Source: Octopus bimaculoides (taxonomy: Eukaryota). From it: a stretch of DNA of 60,108 nucleotides. Location: NCBI RefSeq assembly GCF_001194135.2, contig NC_068981.1:88365851-88425958 (forward strand), read 5' to 3'. Each line of letters begins with the position of its first letter. Position 1 is the first letter of the stretch. Shown piece by piece: positions 13,095-24,948 of this stretch. Made by a program: the position numbers and the translations under genes. The notes beneath the pieces are model-generated. The model worked only from the letters and a program-made list of their open reading frames with translations. It was not told where the DNA came from and ran no database searches.

Positions 13095-13271
13095 AGTGTG
13101 CTGTGTGGTTAAGAAGTCTGCTTCCCAGTCACATGGTTCCAGGTTCAATCCTACTGTGTGGCACCTTGAGCAAGTATTTTCTACTATAGCCCTGGGCCAG
13201 CCAAAGACTTGTAAATGGATTTGGTTGATGGAAACTGAAAGAAGTTTGTCATGTGTATGTATGTGCGTGTG

Positions 13272-13306
<35 letters not shown>

Positions 13307-13560
13307 GTCTCCTTGTCTTGACACCACATGGTAGTTGTAAATGAATATCATTGTCATACAAGCAGTGTCATTCATTTCCAATATTCTACAAAAATGTAAT
13401 GTCAGGCCGTGAGGAAATATCTCGTTCAGAAACAAGTAAGAGTTGGTAACAGGAAGAGTGTCAGACTATAGAAAATCTGCCCAAATAAATTCTGATTCAT
13501 GCAAGTATGACAAAATGAATGTTAAATAATAATAATAATGATGATGATGATGATGAACCC
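13095..13560 (+). mobile_element. SINE family B2 (B head plus RTE-type tail)
   Basis: Same head as B1 up to the (TG)n, then a different body ending ggaagagtgtcagactatagaaa...catgcaagtatgacaaaatgaatgttaaa and (AAT)n(GAT)n. Confidence 0.75.
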
Positions 13561-13640
13561 TTGTTATTTCAATTGTGTGTAATCGATCTGACTTAGAACA
13601 ATTTTTTGCTCATTGCATTATGTTAGCACTCAGTTATCAC

Positions 13641-13676
<36 letters not shown>

Positions 13677-14171
13677 TCTATTTGCCCCAGTCTGAAATTT
13701 TGCATGATATTTAGGTTAGAGTTTTTTTGTGGTGGTGGGATAACTCACTACATCATATATGTTAGCCCAATGTTTTTCATAGGAGATGCCCATAAGGGTT
13801 TCAAAGGGAGAAGCTAAATTGCCATGTTTATAATACATTCAAGGAAGAAAATTTATATAGATGCAAGCCTTATTTTATTTTTTCATGAATAAAGAGAAAG
13901 GTTGTGGGTGGGGGTGGGGGTGAGCGTACAAAATATCATATATTTTTATAGGGGCGGGGTTGATATTTGTCAATTTGAGAATCCCAGTGTTAATTCACCC
14001 CTAATCAGTTATAAATGAAATGGATCCTACTTGGATTTCAAAACCACTGCTGGACACCTCAGTTTGCTGATAACATACTACTGCACTCTATCACTTTCTC
14101 TCACTCTCTTCTTCTTCTCCTCTTCTCTTTCTCCCACTCTGTATACACGTGTGTGTGTGTGTGTGTGTGTA

Positions 14172-14790
14172 TCTATATATATATAATACAGAAACTGTCT
14201 CTGTGTGTGTATGTCTGCGTGTGCGTGTGTGCAAGTTCGAAGGGTTATAACTCGAGTTCCACCTAACCGATTCGATTGAAATTTCAGTCATACATTTGGT
14301 ATGTTCCGAGGTATGTTTTAATTATAACAACTGCTTCGATCAATGTTTGGTTTTTGCAAAAACTTGATCGATAATTATCGATTTTTTCAAAACGTCGTCC
14401 GATTTTGATCAAATTTGACATACCTATGCATTCTTACCCAAGGTTTTTCGTTTTGTTATTATTTTCTAAAATTCCGTTTCGTTTGAGCTCAGCATGGGAA
14501 AAACCGACCCAAAAAATGCCTTTAAGGCAGGCCATAGCGCCGGAACCATTGAGCCCTTAGGAAAGGTGTTTCTAAACTGTTGGCCTCACAATGGACCTTA
14601 AAAGCATTCCACAAGTGTATGGTTCTAATTTGTGCTGGGCTGAGAAGTAAGGTGTTAAAATCAGAAGAGCATTGCACAAACGTGGTAGCCAAGGTAGGGT
14701 TCAAAATATTTTCTCAAGTGTAAGGCCTCGTCTTTCCACAGTTGAATGGTAATTTATTAAGACCCGTGCAACGCTGGGTACTACTGGTAG
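14172..14790 (+). mobile_element. Non-autonomous Helitron
   Basis: Inserted between A (14171) and T (14791). 5' TC-TATATATATATAATAC start; 3' hairpin ACCCGTGCAACGCTGGGT at 14762-14779, then a terminal GGTAG (CTAG variant). CpG-rich compared with its flanks. Confidence 0.7.
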
Positions 14791-15009
14791 TATGTATATT
14801 GATATGTACACACACACACATATTTAAAAGTCTTTGTGAAACAACAGTTTTACTAAGTATAAAAAAGATTTTTTTAAAAATTATTTTAAAAAAGTTGTAA
14901 ATTTTTTATCAGAACTTCACTAACTTTTATCAGAATGTCACTAAATAGAAGTTCCTTTCTAGTGTGTGTGAGTGCTTTCGATTATCTTTTCAAACATACA
15001 TATTCTTGG

Positions 15010-15045
<36 letters not shown>

Positions 15046-15074
15046 TGTGTGTGTGTTTGTGTGTAAGTAAGGTC

Positions 15075-15560
15075 ACATGGTTCACTTGTCCTCCTCTTCC
15101 TCCAACCAGTGCCAAATGCCATTGTTGCTTCTAGTGACAGAAGGAATAGAAAATAGTTGAAAAGCAGAACCATAACAGCTGCCCTACCAAACTGTAAATA
15201 TTCATTGCTTGAGTTCACTTGTTCCCCAATACTAGTTTTAGCACACACTTGTTTAATCCTTGAGTGAATAGCTTGCACAAGCCATTTCTCCACATCTAGC
15301 ATCAAGATTTTCCAACTTACTAAAGACTGTGGAACCCCTATGGAACAACTATTCTTATATCAACAAATGCAAGGTGTGGGGTTTATTTGTTCTTCTCCAA
15401 ATAGTCTTCCCGCAGTTATCTCACCAGAAATAAAAACATATGTAGTTTCACATCCTGGAACAAAACCAGACTGCATTGCTGTGAAGTTTACTTTTCCCTG
15501 TATTAGCTTTGCATTAAGGATGTTATTTGGTCCATCATTATCTTGGGATTCTTTCTGAAG
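15075..15560 (-). mobile_element. RTE LINE reverse-transcriptase fragment (old)
   Basis: QSGFVPGCETT...VPQSLVSWKILMLDVEKWLVQAI...LEATMAFGTGW aligns to the RTE QFGFVPG.STT...VPR.LIWW...LG.DEWLV.AV...F.TGCPW region. Confidence 0.7.
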
Positions 15561-16449
15561 AGTCTATAGTAATTAATATTGGTGTTGGGAAACCAGTCAA
15601 TAACAGTAGTTCCTTATTGCATAATGAGCAAAACCATGGCTGTATGGTTAAGAAAATTCCCTTTGTAATGATGTGGTTCTACGTTCGATTCCATTCTGTG
15701 ACTTCTACCTCATGCTGACCAATGCCTTGTGAGTGAAACTAAGTAGACAGGGACTGTTGAGAAGCCCACGTGTGTGTGTGTCTGTGTCTGTGTCTTTGTG
15801 TGTGTGTGTATTTGTTTGTTCGTTTGTTCTCTTGTCTGTTTGTCTGACTGATCGATTGATTTTGTTAAAAGTTTTTAGCTGTTTTAAAAATTCTTACAAA
15901 AAACAGACTGACACAATCCTTTTGGAATGAAATTTTCATGTATGTAAGCACTTTCATTGTTCAGTTGTTCAACCACATGTGTTATGGAATAATCTGTAGT
16001 AACTCACCGTAGTATATGAAAAATAAAGAGTTATTTGTTAACTGATGTCTTATTCCTTAATTGATTGAATGATATTGTCATACTTCAAATCCATATAGAA
16101 GAAGTTGTTTTTAGTAATGGTGTTGGTTATTTCCTGTTTAGTTTTGGATTTAGAATTTTTATAAAGTATTCTTCTTTTACTATTCATAGGGGACCAGTTT
16201 CTTTTATTTTGAAAAAAAAAAAAAATAAAAAATAAAAAAATAAATAAAGCAAGTATTTTGAATTTTCCACTTGCCCAAATGTCTAAATGTTCATTACATG
16301 GGACATTTCTAAGGGATGAATTCTTAATTTGTTCTTTATACACTCTCACATGGTGAATCCATTTGAATAATGAAAAAAAGTTCCTTCTCAAGTCAAATAG
16401 ATTCATAGAGTCAGTTTTCAAGTTTCCATAGCGTATACATTCTCCCCTT

Positions 16450-16620
16450 GGATGTGATGTCGGTTCATTGCAGGATTACTCATTTTTGCTAGCTGAGTGG
16501 ACTGGAGCAATGTGAAATGTAGTATTTTGCTTGAAAACACATTGCATCACCCGGTCCAGGAATTGAAACTACAATCTTACAATCATGAGTCCAACACCCT
16601 AACTGCTAAGCCATGTGCCT
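16450..16620 (-). mobile_element. SINE family C fragment (tRNA head)
   Basis: rc tggcttagcagttagggtgttggactcatgattgtaagattgtagtttcaattcctggaccgggtgatg matches the copy at 30270. Confidence 0.7.
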
Positions 16621-16869
16621 CAACAATATTGAATAACTTTTAAGAAAATCTTTCTTCAAATATTGTAATCGCATCAAGTATATTTTGCAAAAACATGTGT
16701 GTGTGTGTGAGTGTGTGCATATTCATATGTATGTTTAGGTGCAGGTATGGCTGTGTGGTTAAGAAGTTCTGTTGGGAACCTCATGGTTAGAGGTTTGGTT
16801 CCACTATGTGGATTATGGCATCCTATATTGACATCTTCCACCATATACCTTCAAACTGACTCAAGCTTT

Positions 16870-17165
16870 GTGAGTGAAATTTGCATCTCTGAAGCTTGTT
16901 GATTCTGCTCCTTATGTTTCTACAGCTTGTACTGAGTGTATTGAATAGAATTCTTTCCAACGGCTTTCCTACTTATGAAGATGGAAGGCGTGTCTTGCCC
17001 ACTTACTTGCTAACTACAACTTTGGTCTTTGCTAGGTTAACATTAAGATCTTTTGATTCCAGGTTTTGCTTCCATACCTGGAATTTCTTTTCCATTTCTG
17101 CTACAGATTCTACTATAAAAGTGAGATCATCAGATTATTGTAAGTTCCCATGGGCAGGCAACAAG
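16870..17165 (-). mobile_element. RTE LINE RT fragment
   Basis: CPWEL.. and SDDLTFIVESVAEMEKKFQVWKQNLESKDLNVNLAKTKVVVS, i.e. the degenerate YADD region. Confidence 0.8.
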
Positions 17166-17353
17166 TAGTATCCCTTTGTTTCCAATCTTCTGTGAAAGTA
17201 TGTCTGGGCATGAAGAAATATTCCTTGCTTTGAAACAGTTTAGGTTACTGACAGGAAGGGCATCAGACCATAGAAACTCTGCCTCAATGAATTCAACCCA
17301 ACCCATGCAACCATGGAAAAGTGGACACAAGAATGAATGAATGAAGGTGTACA

Positions 17354-17396
<43 letters not shown>

Positions 17397-17513
17397 AAGC
17401 AATGCACATGGAATACTGAGAATATGTTTTGACTGTTAATAAAAAGTCTATGAGTGCAGTCAGTCTGCCATGCAGGATGAAATTATAATATATATGCATA
17501 TACATACATATGA

Positions 17514-17548
<35 letters not shown>

Positions 17549-18469
17549 CATATATAGACACATATACATATAGGTATTATAAGCCATTAGAATTATAAGC
17601 TATTAGTTGTATAGTTCATGCTGCTTATTCTCATCAATCTTGTGAACCAATTAACTGGCAGAGGAGTACATTATTGTTTGTTGACTTTTTAACCTGCAAA
17701 TCCAAGTTAATAACAGACAGCTATACATCATCATTTAAAGCAACCATCATTTGTAACCTTCTCTGTTAAACAAACAGTCTAAGCTTACACTGGCTTGTGG
17801 TCATGTCCTGCTAGACTCGAGACAAATGCATTTCCTTGCCAGTTAAAAGTTCATTTTATATATAATATAATTTATTATGTGTATATATTTATTATATTAT
17901 GTAATATAATATATCATATTATAATATATGTTATATATGTGTGTGTGCATGTGAGAGAGTGTGTGTGTGCATGCACATGTCTGTGTGTATAAGTAAATAC
18001 ACACACACTGTGTAAACAGAGACTGGTTAAACCAAGATAATAGAACACATATCCTATAGAAAGAAGGTGTTAAAAGTTTTATAAAAATTTTAATCCATGC
18101 ATACAATCGTTTCGAATGGTAATATTAACATTAATTTAATTATAATTATAATTAAATTAATTACATATTACCATTCTCCTCAGTGCAAAAAGAGAGTACA
18201 TAAAAAAGAATTCATCAGCAGAATATTATACTGTTACAGAAGACTAGATGGAGTGAGTGCCATATAACATGTTCAGATATTCAGAATATGATTAAGAAAG
18301 ATGAAAAATAAAAACATGCTTAGGTCTAGTTGTGTATGAACTATAACTCATGCGGCTAATGGATATTTTGAAATATAAGTGAAAAATGTTTAAGAAACAT
18401 TCTGTCTATATGAAGATAAGTAATTAAGTGATATACATTCCATATAAGGCATTTATCATAAGAAGTAAA

Positions 18470-18510
<41 letters not shown>

Positions 18511-18599
18511 GTGTGTATATATATAAATAAATAAGTATCTAATGGGACAGCATAGCTATATTTAAATTTATATATATTTGACAGTTATGAGTGGAATAC

Positions 18600-19250
18600 A
18601 AAGGAAATAATGAAAATAAATTATGGTGTATATTAAAAAGAAATTGTTTTAAAAAATTCCAAGAATAAGAAGTACGAGTAGTTAGTATGATTTTATATAA
18701 GTTACTTGAAATTCAAATGACAAAAAAATTTAGGGTTGTGAGGGAGTAATTATTAGGTTAATATAATGAGGGAAAAAGATTTATTATTAGTTAAAAAGCA
18801 TTATATTCGTTTGTGTGAAATAAGTCTACGAGGAAGGACTAAAAAAAGAAGAATAGTTGTTAATATTACAGAATCAAGAAAGAAAATACTTGTGGCTAAA
18901 AATATGGAAAAAAAAAACAAGTATGGTGATAAAAGTGTTTTTTGAGAGGTTGAATAAGGTAACAATGTAGGGGAGATAAGGCTAAAGTAAATTCGTGAGA
19001 AAGATTCTTTGAAGAAATACACGTTTCTATATTTTAATGTTAACTATGTTAGTTATTAAAAACTTACAATATGAATTGAGAATCTAGTTATGGATAAAAG
19101 AGGTAGAAAACTGTAGTGATTGTAGTGGTGAAAGCGGATGTAAGTAAAAGTGTTTTAATTATCATGGAGTGATAAGTGCAAAAAAATAAGTATAATAAAG
19201 ATATGAGAAGTAATTCATATGTATATATATATATAAATCTCCAATATAAG
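18600..19250 (+). mobile_element. Purine-rich relic, possibly Penelope-like RT
   Basis: VIVVVKADVSKSVLIIME (~19116-19170) resembles the PLE IVIxKADKGxxVVIMD motif. Many stops; weak. Confidence 0.3.
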
Positions 19251-19261
19251 AGAAGAATATT

Positions 19262-20145
19262 ATTTCAATGGCAGTGAAACATGTGCCATGACTGCTGAGG
19301 ACATGCGTAAGCTTGCAAGGAATGAAGCCAGTATGCTCTGCTGGATGTGTAATGCCAGTGTGCATACATGACAGAGTGTAAGCGCCATGAGAGAAAAGTT
19401 GGACTTAGAAGCATCAGATGTGGTGTGCAAGAGAGACGACTGCACTGGTATGGTCATGTGTTGCATATGGATGAGGACAGCCGTGTGAGGAAGTGTCACA
19501 CCCTAGCAGTTGAGGGAACCTGTGGAAGAAGTAGACCCAGGAAGACCTGGGATGAGCTGGTGAAGCACTGAAGCACAACCTTCGAACATTGGGCCTCACC
19601 AAGGCAATGACAAGTGACCGAGACCTTTGGAAATATGCTGTGTTTGAGAAGACCCAGCAAACCAAGTGAGACCATAATTGTGGCCTATGCCAGTGCTGTA
19701 TAACCAGCCCATTTAAGAGTACCCTTCAATCATTGGACAATAAACTATGCTTGTGAGGACCTGCTGAGGTAAGTGAAATCGTTGTTGTGGCTGATGACAG
19801 TACCACCTGATTGGTACCCGTGCCAGTGGAACATTAAAAGCACCATTCAGGCATGATCATTGCTAGGGCTGCTGACTGGCTCCCATGATAGTGGCATGTA
19901 AAAAGCACCATTTGAGTGTGATCATTGCCAGCATCACCTGACTGGCTCCTGTGCTGGTAGCATATAAAAAACACCATTCAAGCATGGTCGTTGCCAGTGC
20001 CGCTGGACTGGTTCCTGTGCAAGTTGCACGTAAAAAGCACCATTTGAGCATGGCTGATGCCAGTACCGCCTGATTGGCCCTTGTGCCAATGGAACGGAAA
20101 AGCACCCACAACATTCTCGGAGTGGTTGGCATTAGGAAGGGCATC
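19262..20145 (+). mobile_element. RTE LINE 3' portion: ORF C-terminus plus 3' UTR with 5 tandem ~65 bp units
   Basis: GSETCAMTAEDMRKLARNEASML...RSIRCGVQERRLHWYGHVLHMDEDS...GTCGRSRPRKTWDELVK, followed by UTR units and ggagtggttggcattaggaagggcatcc. Confidence 0.85.
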
Positions 20146-20354
20146 CATATTAATAAAATGAGGTTCATACAATATATGGTAGGATGGTAGAATAACATAT
20201 GAATATCCAAGTAGTGTAAGATAGTTAAAGTAGAGATTATTATAGAATAGAAATTATATATAGGTAGTAATAATGTAAAGAGAGGTATTATACAAAAAAC
20301 TAAATTATAAGGAGAAGGAATAAGATGAAAGTAGTTAAGGTAGCGGGGTATCTA

Positions 20355-20640
20355 TATTCTTTTATTCTTTTACTTGTTTCAGTCATGTGACTGTGGCCAT
20401 GCTGGAGCACCACCTTTTAGTCAAACAAATTGACCCCAAGACTTATTTTTTTTAAAGTTTGGTACTTATTCTCTCAGTCTCTTATACCAAACCGCTAAGT
20501 TATGGTGACACAAACACATCACCACCGGTTGTCAAGCGGTGATGAGAGGACAAACACAGACACAAAGACACACACACAAATATATGTACTTATTTATACA
20601 TATACGGCAGGCTTCTTTCAGTTTCTGTCTATCAAAGCTA
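20355..20640 (-). mobile_element. SINE family B1
   Basis: rc of the 11294 family: tcttttacttgtttcagtcatgtgactgtggccatgctggagcacc... Confidence 0.8.
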
Positions 20641-20802
20641 CNNNNNNNNNNNNNNNNNNNNNNNNNNNNNNNNNNNNNNNNNNNNNNNNNNNNNNNNNNN
20701 NNNNNNNNNNNNNNNNNNNNNNNNNNNNNNNNNNNNNNNNNNNNNNNNNNNNNNNNNNNNNNNNNNNNNNNNNNNNNNNNNNNNNNNNNNNNNNNNNNNN
20801 NN

Positions 20803-20838
<36 letters not shown>

Positions 20839-21997
20839 TAGGGTTTGTATGTGTGTGTAAGGAAGAGAGAGAGAGAGAGAGAAAGAGAGATAAAAGTCAT
20901 GCAAAAATGTTGCTTTTTAGATTGATCTAACCAACAATTTTATGGTGGTTTCAGTGGAAAACAAAACACTGTCATGCACACACAAACACAGTCACACACA
21001 ACACATCATTCAACCCACATTTGCTCATAAAAAAAGCCAGAATGTTCTACTGTCTCATGATAGGTTGCCATAAAGTTGTCCATATCTAATTGACTTGCTG
21101 AACATTCCCACACTTGGCTATTAATTTGATGAAACAGTCAGATCAAAAAACGACTTGAAAATACCACGACTGAGGAATTATAAATAATGAAATTCTTCTG
21201 ACTGCATTTTACTTACAAATTTGATCACACGATTATTTTGCAATATTTATCTTAGTGTTGGTTTAGCGGAAATTACACGCTATTGTAAATAACAACTCTA
21301 AGGAATTATTGTGAAAGGGTTGCAACTAGACATAAAAGCAAGGTTGGCTGTATTGCAAACTACCTAGATACCAAAACGTTGTTGCTGGCTTTAACAAACA
21401 CCAAGGGTAATTAGTGTCTGACAAAGGTATTACCGATCTATATTTATTGGATAGATGGAGCCAGTAGTCTCTGTTTGCATTGACAATGCAATTGATAGCT
21501 TTGAAAGTAAAATTAAATACTAAATAACTCTGTATTAAATAAGAGACCTGTGAAAAAGGATCCAAAGCCATTTATAGGGTAATTTAAGTAAAGCTTCTTT
21601 TATATGCAATGCAATATATAACCTTGTTTTTGTTGGGGGTTTCTGTAAACATTGAGGCTTTTATGTGTTGTTCTCACTATGTAAGTACTAAAATATTTTT
21701 TCAGTAATTAACTTAAATTGCTTTTGAGAAGAGAGAAAGAGGAAGAAGTTAATGCCAAAATGTAAATGAAGATTAATTGATTTCACAAAATGAAACTTGT
21801 GTAAACAATTTTAAGTTAAGGGTAATGGAGAATAATGAAGTTCTGCTTTAAGAAAAAAAAAAAGTTTGTTTAAAATAATTATATCCAAATTACTTTTACA
21901 TCCACTTTTCTGATGCCTGATAACAGTGAGATAGTTGTTTTGGGATATCAAATTTTGTTTTTAGCTTAGAAGCCTTTCTAAATTGATAACTCATTAA

Positions 21998-22433
21998 CCC
22001 TTTACTGTTCAGATTACTCAAATGTAATTATTATTTCATCATCATCATCATCATTTAATGTCCATTATCCATGCTGGCATGGGTTGGATGGTTTGACAGG
22101 AGTTGACCAGCTGAAGAGCTGCACCAGATTCCATGTCTGTTTTGGCTTGGTTTCTATAGCTGGATGCCCTTCCTAACACCAACCACTTTACAGAGTGTAC
22201 CAGGTGCTTTTACACAGTACTGGCTTGGGCGCTCGTATGTGGTACTGGTATAGATGCTTTTTATGTGGCACCAACACTCCATGCATTATGTTGCAACTTT
22301 GAGAATTCAATAATATGAATTTGATCTTTACATCTACATTGTAGAGTAGATGTGAGGGGCTGGATCAGGCAGGTTTGAACATAAGATAAGTAGAATATTT
22401 GGGCTAGATATGGCTGGTTTAAATGCTAAAAGG
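21998..22433. mobile_element. piggyBac-like MITE (family 1) interrupted by an RTE 3'-UTR insertion (~22040-22290, minus)
   Basis: TTAA|CCCTTTACTGTTCAG ... AAATGCTAAAAGG|TTAA. The internal (CAT)n-tailed piece is ttaatgtccattatccatgctggcatggg... Confidence 0.7.
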
Positions 22434-22499
22434 TTAAATATAAGTTGAGACCCAAATGTAGTAATTATTCATCCCAACCTCTAACATCACTACCATCAT

Positions 22500-22860
22500 T
22501 TATGTCTGTTTTTCCATGTGTGCATGGATTGGATGGCTCCTCTCCAGCACAGTTCTTCACCATAAGTCATGGTCCTTTGTCATTTTTTTCATGAGGTCAA
22601 GCCCCTTAAGGCCAGTCTTCACCTTATATTACCATGGCTTTTTTGGCCACCCTCTTTCATGGCTTCCATCCTCCTGGAGCCCTTGACACTTTTTTATGCA
22701 ACTGACGTCCTCAGTATGCATCCCATGCCCATACCAGCATAGTCTTCTCACTTGCATAATACATCTAATTCCTCTTATATCCAGTTTTTTTTCCCCCTGT
22801 TCATTTGTGTTCTGTCATTTATGCATATTAGTGTCACACATCAAATGAAATACACATGCT
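22500..22860 (-). mobile_element. RTE LINE ORF C-terminal fragment
   Basis: rc resembles 19330-19650, including the ctggtatgggcatggg (WYGH-type) and GR.R.PK region; degenerate. Confidence 0.6.
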
Positions 22861-22929
22861 TAAACAGGTTAGCTTCAGCTCTTGTTTCTGCATATATACT
22901 TTAGTTATGTTGCAGAATACTTCCTTGAC

Positions 22930-23600
22930 CATTGCTGTGTGTGGTAGATGTGCATGTACAATGAACACTAAGGATGTGCAGGAACTAAATTTCCTCAAAT
23001 GTGCAGGGGGATACTTGGAGGTAGTACATAGTTTTCATTACCAAGGTGACTAAATTAGCAGTGGTGGAGGTTGCTCTGAAGGCTTAGTTGTTAGAATAAG
23101 AACTGGCTGGGCAAAGTTCAGAGAGTTATTACCTTTGTTGGTCACAAAGGGCCTCTCCTCAGAGTGAAAGGCAGACTGTAAAACTTTTGTGTATGGACAG
23201 CTATGCTACATGACAATGAAACATAGGCTGTGAGTGCAGAGGACATGTGAAGTCTTGAAAGAAATGAAGCCAGCATGTTCCACTGGATGTGCAATGTTAG
23301 TGTGCATGTATGACAAAGTGTAAATGTTTTGAGAGAGAAATTGGGTATAAGTTACATCAGTTGTAGTATGCAAGTGTTGGTATGGTCATGTAATGTGTAT
23401 GGATGAGGACAGTTGCATAAAGAAGTGCTGCTTTCTAAATGTGGAGGGAACCCATGGAAGAAGATGACCCAGAAAGACATGGGATGAATCGGTGAGAAAG
23501 GATCTTCAGATGTTGAGCCTCTCAGAGATGATGAAGGACTGAGACAACTTGCAATATATACTGTGCTTGAGAAGACCCACCCAGCAAAGTAAAATCCATG
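22930..23600 (+). mobile_element. RTE LINE fragment (end of Zn finger to C-terminus)
   Basis: VCGRCACTMNTKDV...LEVVHSFHYQGD*ISSGGGCSEGLVVRIRTGWAKFRELLPLLVTKGL...WYGHVMCMDEDSCIKKC..LNVEGTHGRR*PRKTWDE. Confidence 0.85.
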
Positions 23601-23804
23601 TCCATGATCTACTCCCACAACCCCTCTATGCTCACCATCAATATTTTTCCCACTCCCCTCCATTCTCTCTCACATGTCCACCTACCTACCTGCACTCAGT
23701 ATGTCCCTGTTAAATCCCTTCTCTTCACCTCTAGCACCCATTCTCCTTTCAAAATCTTGTAAACTCACCCATCTACTCACCCTCTCCTATCCTATACAAC
23801 TGAT

Positions 23805-24150
23805 ATGAAAACCTATATTGGATTATGTGAAGGTGAATTTAAAAATCTCTATGCTAACCACATAGCCTCCTTCTGACATTGAGGCAAAAGTAAAGCTACT
23901 AAGTTGGCTAGCTACATATGGACTTTGAAAGATAACGAAACACCACATGTGATTAAATGGAAAGTAATTGAGAAATCCATACCTTATGTGAATGGATCAA
24001 ATAACTGTAGACTTTGTTTGGCTGAAAGAGCACAGATCCTGTTCAGATCTAAGATCCCTAACTCTCTATTGAACTCCAGGTCAGAAATTTTCAGTGGTTG
24101 CAATGTATATGTATAAATATATTTTGAAGAATTGGAAAATTCCACCTATT
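23805..24150 (+). mobile_element. Penelope-like element GIY-YIG endonuclease fragment (pseudogenised)
   Basis: One frame with two TGA stops: MKTYIGLCEGEFKNLYANHIASF*H*GKSKATKLASYIWTLKD...IKWKVIEKSIPYVNGSNNCRLCLAERAQI...LLNSRSEIFSGC. Has the YIG motif, CxLC and LN.RSE typical of PLE endonucleases. Confidence 0.8.
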
Positions 24151-24369
24151 CCTGACTGACTTGATATCTTTTCAGCCTTATCATTTAAAATCTCAGGAGG
24201 ATAGCTCTTTTACCTTTTTACTTTTTATTTTTTACATTTTAGTTTCTGTTTTTTTTTTTGTTTTCTGTTTTCCATTTTCCATTTTCTGTTGTTTATTGTC
24301 TGCATTTTCTATATGGTGCCTTCTCAGTTTTTTTTTTGTGTTTCTTCTATTATTCAATTTCTTTAGTTC

Positions 24370-24426
24370 GTTATGCCTGAAGAATATGTTTGAGTTCACT
24401 CAATATATGAAACTATTAGTAGTGCT
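24370..24426 (+). ncRNA. Candidate minimal type I hammerhead ribozyme (PLE-associated)
   Basis: CTGAAGA (24377-24383), ~10 bp stem II (ATATG.TTGAG/CTCAA.TATAT), GAAA (24409-24412), near-palindromic stem III ACTATTAGT, GUA cleavage triplet (24419-24421). Stem I is weak and cut by the gap. Confidence 0.45.
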
Positions 24427-24897
24427 NNNNNNNNNNNNNNNNNNNNNNNNNNNNNNNNNNNNNNNNNNNNNNNNNNNNNNNNNNNNNNNNNNNNNNNNNN
24501 NNNNNNNNNNNNNNNNNNNNNNNNNNNNNNNNNNNNNNNNNNNNNNNNNNNNNNNNNNNNNNNNNNNNNNNNNNNNNNNNNNNNNNNNNNNNNNNNNNNN
24601 NNNNNNNNNNNNNNNNNNNNNNNNNNNNNNNNNNNNNNNNNNNNNNNNNNNNNNNNNNNNNNNNNNNNNNNNNNNNNNNNNNNNNNNNNNNNNNNNNNNN
24701 NNNNNNNNNNNNNNNNNNNNNNNNNNNNNNNNNNNNNNNNNNNNNNNNNNNNNNNNNNNNNNNNNNNNNNNNNNNNNNNNNNNNNNNNNNNNNNNNNNNN
24801 NNNNNNNNNNNNNNNNNNNNNNNNNNNNNNNNNNNNNNNNNNNNNNNNNNNNNNNNNNNNNNNNNNNNNNNNNTATATATATATATATACATATATA

Positions 24898-24948
<51 letters not shown>

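Noticed and set aside
16050-16421. 123 aa minus-strand ORF
   Set aside because: AT-rich, crosses a poly-A/T tract, and has no recognisable motif.
18170-19250. Nuclear mitochondrial insertion suggested by strand skew and a hydrophobic minus ORF
   Set aside because: No recognisable mitochondrial gene motif; a weak Penelope-like RT motif on + fits better.
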